Positions 45,353-47,711 of a stretch of 47,711 bases of DNA are shown one piece after another. The notes beneath the pieces were generated by a model, which was given only the letters and a program-made list of their open reading frames with translations, searched no databases and had not been told where the DNA came from. The translations under genes and the position numbers were made by a program. Every line of letters begins with the position of its first letter. The first letter of the stretch is position 1. The DNA is from Gammaproteobacteria bacterium. GTDB lineage: Bacteria; Pseudomonadota; Gammaproteobacteria; Chromatiales; Chromatiaceae. The DNA is taken from the NCBI GenBank assembly GCA_030066355.1, contig JASJBU010000004.1, positions 1 to 47,711 of the forward strand. The letters are read 5' to 3'.

Positions 45353-47263
45353 TCAATCCTCCGGGTCAGACAGAAGATAGTTGATATCGGCATGACCCAG
45401 CAGGTCTTCCACCAGACTATTGAATTGATTGCGCGAGAGTCCACTGCGGACCTGCGCCTTCATTTGCTCCTTCAGCGCCTCATCCAGCTCTTCCATTGAG
45501 CCGTCATTCACCTCATAGATGCTGAAGACCGCGACATTGCCCTGATTCAGCTTTGCCAGTCCTGACACCACCTTGCCCGGTTCCGGACGGGGGCTGCGAA
45601 AAACCTTACGGAGCAACGGCAAGGGCATGCTCACTTCAGAGCGTTTGGCCGCATCCACGCCCTGGAGTTCATAATCTCCGGACAGATGGGCCAGGGCGGC
45701 ACCCTCATTGAGGCGCGCCAGCAGTTTTTCCGCCTCTTCCTCGGCCTTTTCTGCAGCCCGCTGCTGTTTGATCTTGCCAAGCACAGTCTCCTTGACCACC
45801 TCCAATGGTTCGAAGGAAGCCTCTTTGTGATCGACCACGCGCAACACGATCGATTGCAGTTGGCCCAATTCGATCAGTTCGCTGTTGTGCCGCTCCAGCA
45901 GCACATCCTCGCTGAAAGCCGCGGCCAGGACCTTGGGGGAACGCAGAATACCTTGCGCGGAATTGCGGTCCATCCAATCGCTTTCGATGATCTCCAAATT
46001 CAGCTCACTGGAGGCAGGCTCCAGACTTGACGGATCTTCGTAACTCAGGTCCGCCAGCTTTTCAGCCTGTTCGAAATACAGCCTTTCGCCTTCCGCCTTG
46101 CGGAAGTCCGCTTCCACATCGGCCCGAGCCTCTTCGAAGGTCTTGACGTCGCCCGCCTTGATGCCCGTCAGTTTGATCAGATGGTAACCGAAGGTCGTGC
46201 GTACCGGCTCGCTCAACTCTCCTTCCTGCAGATTGAATACCGCCTCTTCAAAGGCAGGATCCATGATACCTTTGCCAAAATAACCGAGGTCACCGCCGTT
46301 CTCTGCCGTACCCGTATCCTCGGAATTGGCCTTGGCCAATTCGGCAAAGTCTTCACCCTGCATCAGACGATGTTTCAGATCGCCGATCCTCGCCAACACC
46401 TGGGTCAAGGTTGCCTGATCCGCATCTTCGGCCAATTTGATCAGGATATGGCTGGCCTGGCGCTCCTCCGGCCGACCATATTTTTCCTGGTTGTCATCAA
46501 AGAATGCCAGCAGGGCATCGTCAGTGGCCTCGGCAGACTTACCGACACTCTGCGCATTCAGCAGGATATACTCGAGTTTGACCTGCTCGGGCGTACGAAA
46601 ATCGGTCTGGTGCTCGTCATAGTAGGCTGCGGCCTCTGCATCGGTGATGGCCTCGTCTGACTCGAAGTTCTTGCTTGGGATGACAACATAGTCGACCTTA
46701 CGGGTCTGGTTGTTGAGGCGTACCGCTTCGTTCAATTCATGCTCCGTGACGAACACACTGCCCTGAACAGCCTGGGACAGTTGCTCAGACAAAAGGGCTT
46801 GACGTACTCGCTCTTCAAACCCAGCGGGGGTCAGCCCCTGCAAGCGCACCGACCGTTCGAAAGTCTGCTGATCGAAACGCCCGTCTCGCGTGAAGGCACT
46901 GATGCCCAGAATCGTCTGGCGCACTAGCGAGTCACCGGCACGCATCCCCATATCATGCGAGGCTTGTAGGATCAGGTCTTCCCGTACCATGCGTTTCAGA
47001 ACTTCTTGACGCATGCGATTGTCATCAAACAGTTCCGGGCGATAGGCCGCACCCAATTGTTCACGCAGGTCCTGCCGAAATTGCTGATATCGTCGATCCA
47101 GTTCCCGTTCGGTTATCTCGTTGTCATTCACGGTGGCGACCACCGGCTCGGAGCCGACACCCAGATACTCCTGTATACCCCATAGGGCGAAAGGAATACT
47201 GATAAGAATGACGATTGCCCAGGCGATCCAACCCTGAGCCCTATCCCTTATGTTCTGCAACAT
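45353..47263 (-). CDS. ppiD: Periplasmic chaperone / peptidyl-prolyl isomerase PpiD
   Basis: 636 aa. MLQNIRDRAQGWIAWAIVILISIPFALWG is the N-terminal anchor. It has a SurA-N-like region and a parvulin block, ASHILIK..GGDLGYFGKG.MDPAFEEAVF.L..GE.SEPV.T.FGYHLIK. Confidence 0.9.
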   Translation of the reverse strand: MLQNIRDRAQGWIAWAIVILISIPFALWGIQEYLGVGSEPVVATVNDNEITERELDRRYQQFRQDLREQLGAAYRPELFDDNRMRQEVLKRMVREDLILQASHDMGMRAGDSLVRQTILGISAFTRDGRFDQQTFERSVRLQGLTPAGFEERVRQALLSEQLSQAVQGSVFVTEHELNEAVRLNNQTRKVDYVVIPSKNFESDEAITDAEAAAYYDEHQTDFRTPEQVKLEYILLNAQSVGKSAEATDDALLAFFDDNQEKYGRPEERQASHILIKLAEDADQATLTQVLARIGDLKHRLMQGEDFAELAKANSEDTGTAENGGDLGYFGKGIMDPAFEEAVFNLQEGELSEPVRTTFGYHLIKLTGIKAGDVKTFEEARADVEADFRKAEGERLYFEQAEKLADLSYEDPSSLEPASSELNLEIIESDWMDRNSAQGILRSPKVLAAAFSEDVLLERHNSELIELGQLQSIVLRVVDHKEASFEPLEVVKETVLGKIKQQRAAEKAEEEAEKLLARLNEGAALAHLSGDYELQGVDAAKRSEVSMPLPLLRKVFRSPRPEPGKVVSGLAKLNQGNVAVFSIYEVNDGSMEELDEALKEQMKAQVRSGLSRNQFNSLVEDLLGHADINYLLSDPED

Positions 47264-47295
47264 GATCTTGCACTCGTTATTATCAATGTCTTGAA

Positions 47296-47322
47296 TGAAA
47301 AAGGGGCATCGACCGATGCCCC
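47296..47322 (-). terminator. Rho-independent terminator downstream of the tRNA genes
   Basis: Minus strand: GGGGCATC-ggtc-GATGCCCC followed by TTTTTC. Confidence 0.55.
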
Positions 47323-47557
47323 GTTTTCATTTCGAGCAACTTCTGATGTATCCAGAGGTTCCTCTGGCACTAGGCAATCCCTTTGCTTGGCCTCCGTCCC
47401 CAGAAGCTGTCGGCACGTCACCTTCAATTGTTGACAACTTTTGAAGACGCCGGTAACGGAAAGCCGCATTTAGCTTCTCGGCAGCGCATCCGGGCATCCC
47501 TTAAATGTTTCGAAGCCCTGACCAAGCCAGGCATAACTCGTCAGGGCCTACGCAAAT

Positions 47558-47634
47558 TGGCGGAGCGGACGGGACTCGAACCCGCGACCCCCGGCGTGAC
47601 AGGCCGGTATTCTAACCAACTGAACTACCGCTCC
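47558..47634 (-). tRNA. tRNA-Asp (anticodon GUC)
   Basis: The reverse complement, GGAGCGGTAGTTCAGTTGGTTAGAATACCGGCCTGTCACGCCGGGGGTCGCGGGTTCGAGTCCCGTCCGCTCCGCCA, folds as a cloverleaf. It is nearly identical to E. coli tRNA-Asp. Confidence 0.95.
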
Positions 47635-47639
47635 AGGTA

Positions 47640-47711
47640 TGGTGGGCGCTGCAGGGATCGAACCTGCGACCCTCGCCTTGTAAGGGCGATGCTCTCCCAG
47701 CTGAGCTAAGC
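47640..47711 (-). tRNA. tRNA-Val (anticodon UAC), missing about 4 nt of its 5' end at the window edge
   Basis: The reverse complement is GCTTAGCTCAGCTGGGAGAGCATCGCCCTTACAAGGCGAGGGTCGCAGGTTCGATCCCTGCAGCGCCCACCA. The anticodon loop is CUUACAA. The acceptor 3' strand AGCGCCC implies a missing 5' GGGC. Confidence 0.9.

Noticed and set aside
1-47711. Search for CRISPR arrays, IS elements, integrases, and toxin-antitoxin or classical defence genes
   Set aside because: No regularly spaced direct repeats were seen. No transposase or integrase motifs (DDE, R..H..R..Y) were recognised in any ORF of the track. The only tandem repeat is the in-frame 30-nt coding repeat at 3459-3569.

Overview
This 47.7-kb chromosomal window is probably from a gammaproteobacterium with a sulfur-oxidising, chemolithotrophic lifestyle. 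That taxonomic guess is inference from gene content and from E. coli-like tRNA-Asp and tRNA-Val sequences. All family calls are by-eye motif recognition; no searches were run.

Genes in order:
- folX-folE (folE runs off the left edge).
- A lower-GC accessory stretch (1.6-5.5 kb): a fasciclin-domain protein, a fatty-acid hydroxylase, two small exported proteins with EHAG(K/D)A repeats, and about 0.9 kb of apparently decayed DNA.
- A DUF2256 zinc-ribbon gene coupled to an Fe-S-type (6-4) photolyase/cryptochrome.
- A 4.8-kb segment bounded by two near-identical terminator hairpins. It carries a 972-aa tyrosine-rich secreted protein, a 134-aa secreted partner, and a frameshifted, truncated aroA fragment.
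- The sulfur-relay operon rhd-tusA-dsrE2, divergent from cysG, plus a second rhodanese.
- A NarL/NarX-like two-component pair, then cca coupled to an Atm1-like ABC exporter.
- An S24-like peptidase and an orphan RND adaptor, then an SQR-like flavoprotein.
- A signalling patch: a PAS protein plus an MCP with a C-terminal zinc-binding (CZB) domain, and a TM-GGDEF protein with a GGEKY motif.
- An RND pump on the opposite strand.
- A three-gene cluster encoding a [NiFe]-hydrogenase large subunit, a small subunit, and a chemoreceptor with two CxxCH heme-c motifs.
- yejABEF-like peptide ABC importer, fabI, ppiD, tRNA-Asp and a truncated tRNA-Val.

The most interesting candidate is the hydrogenase-chemoreceptor cluster (33.36-37.68 kb). 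It looks like a periplasmic H2-sensing redox relay feeding chemotaxis.

No CRISPR array, transposase or integrase was recognised.
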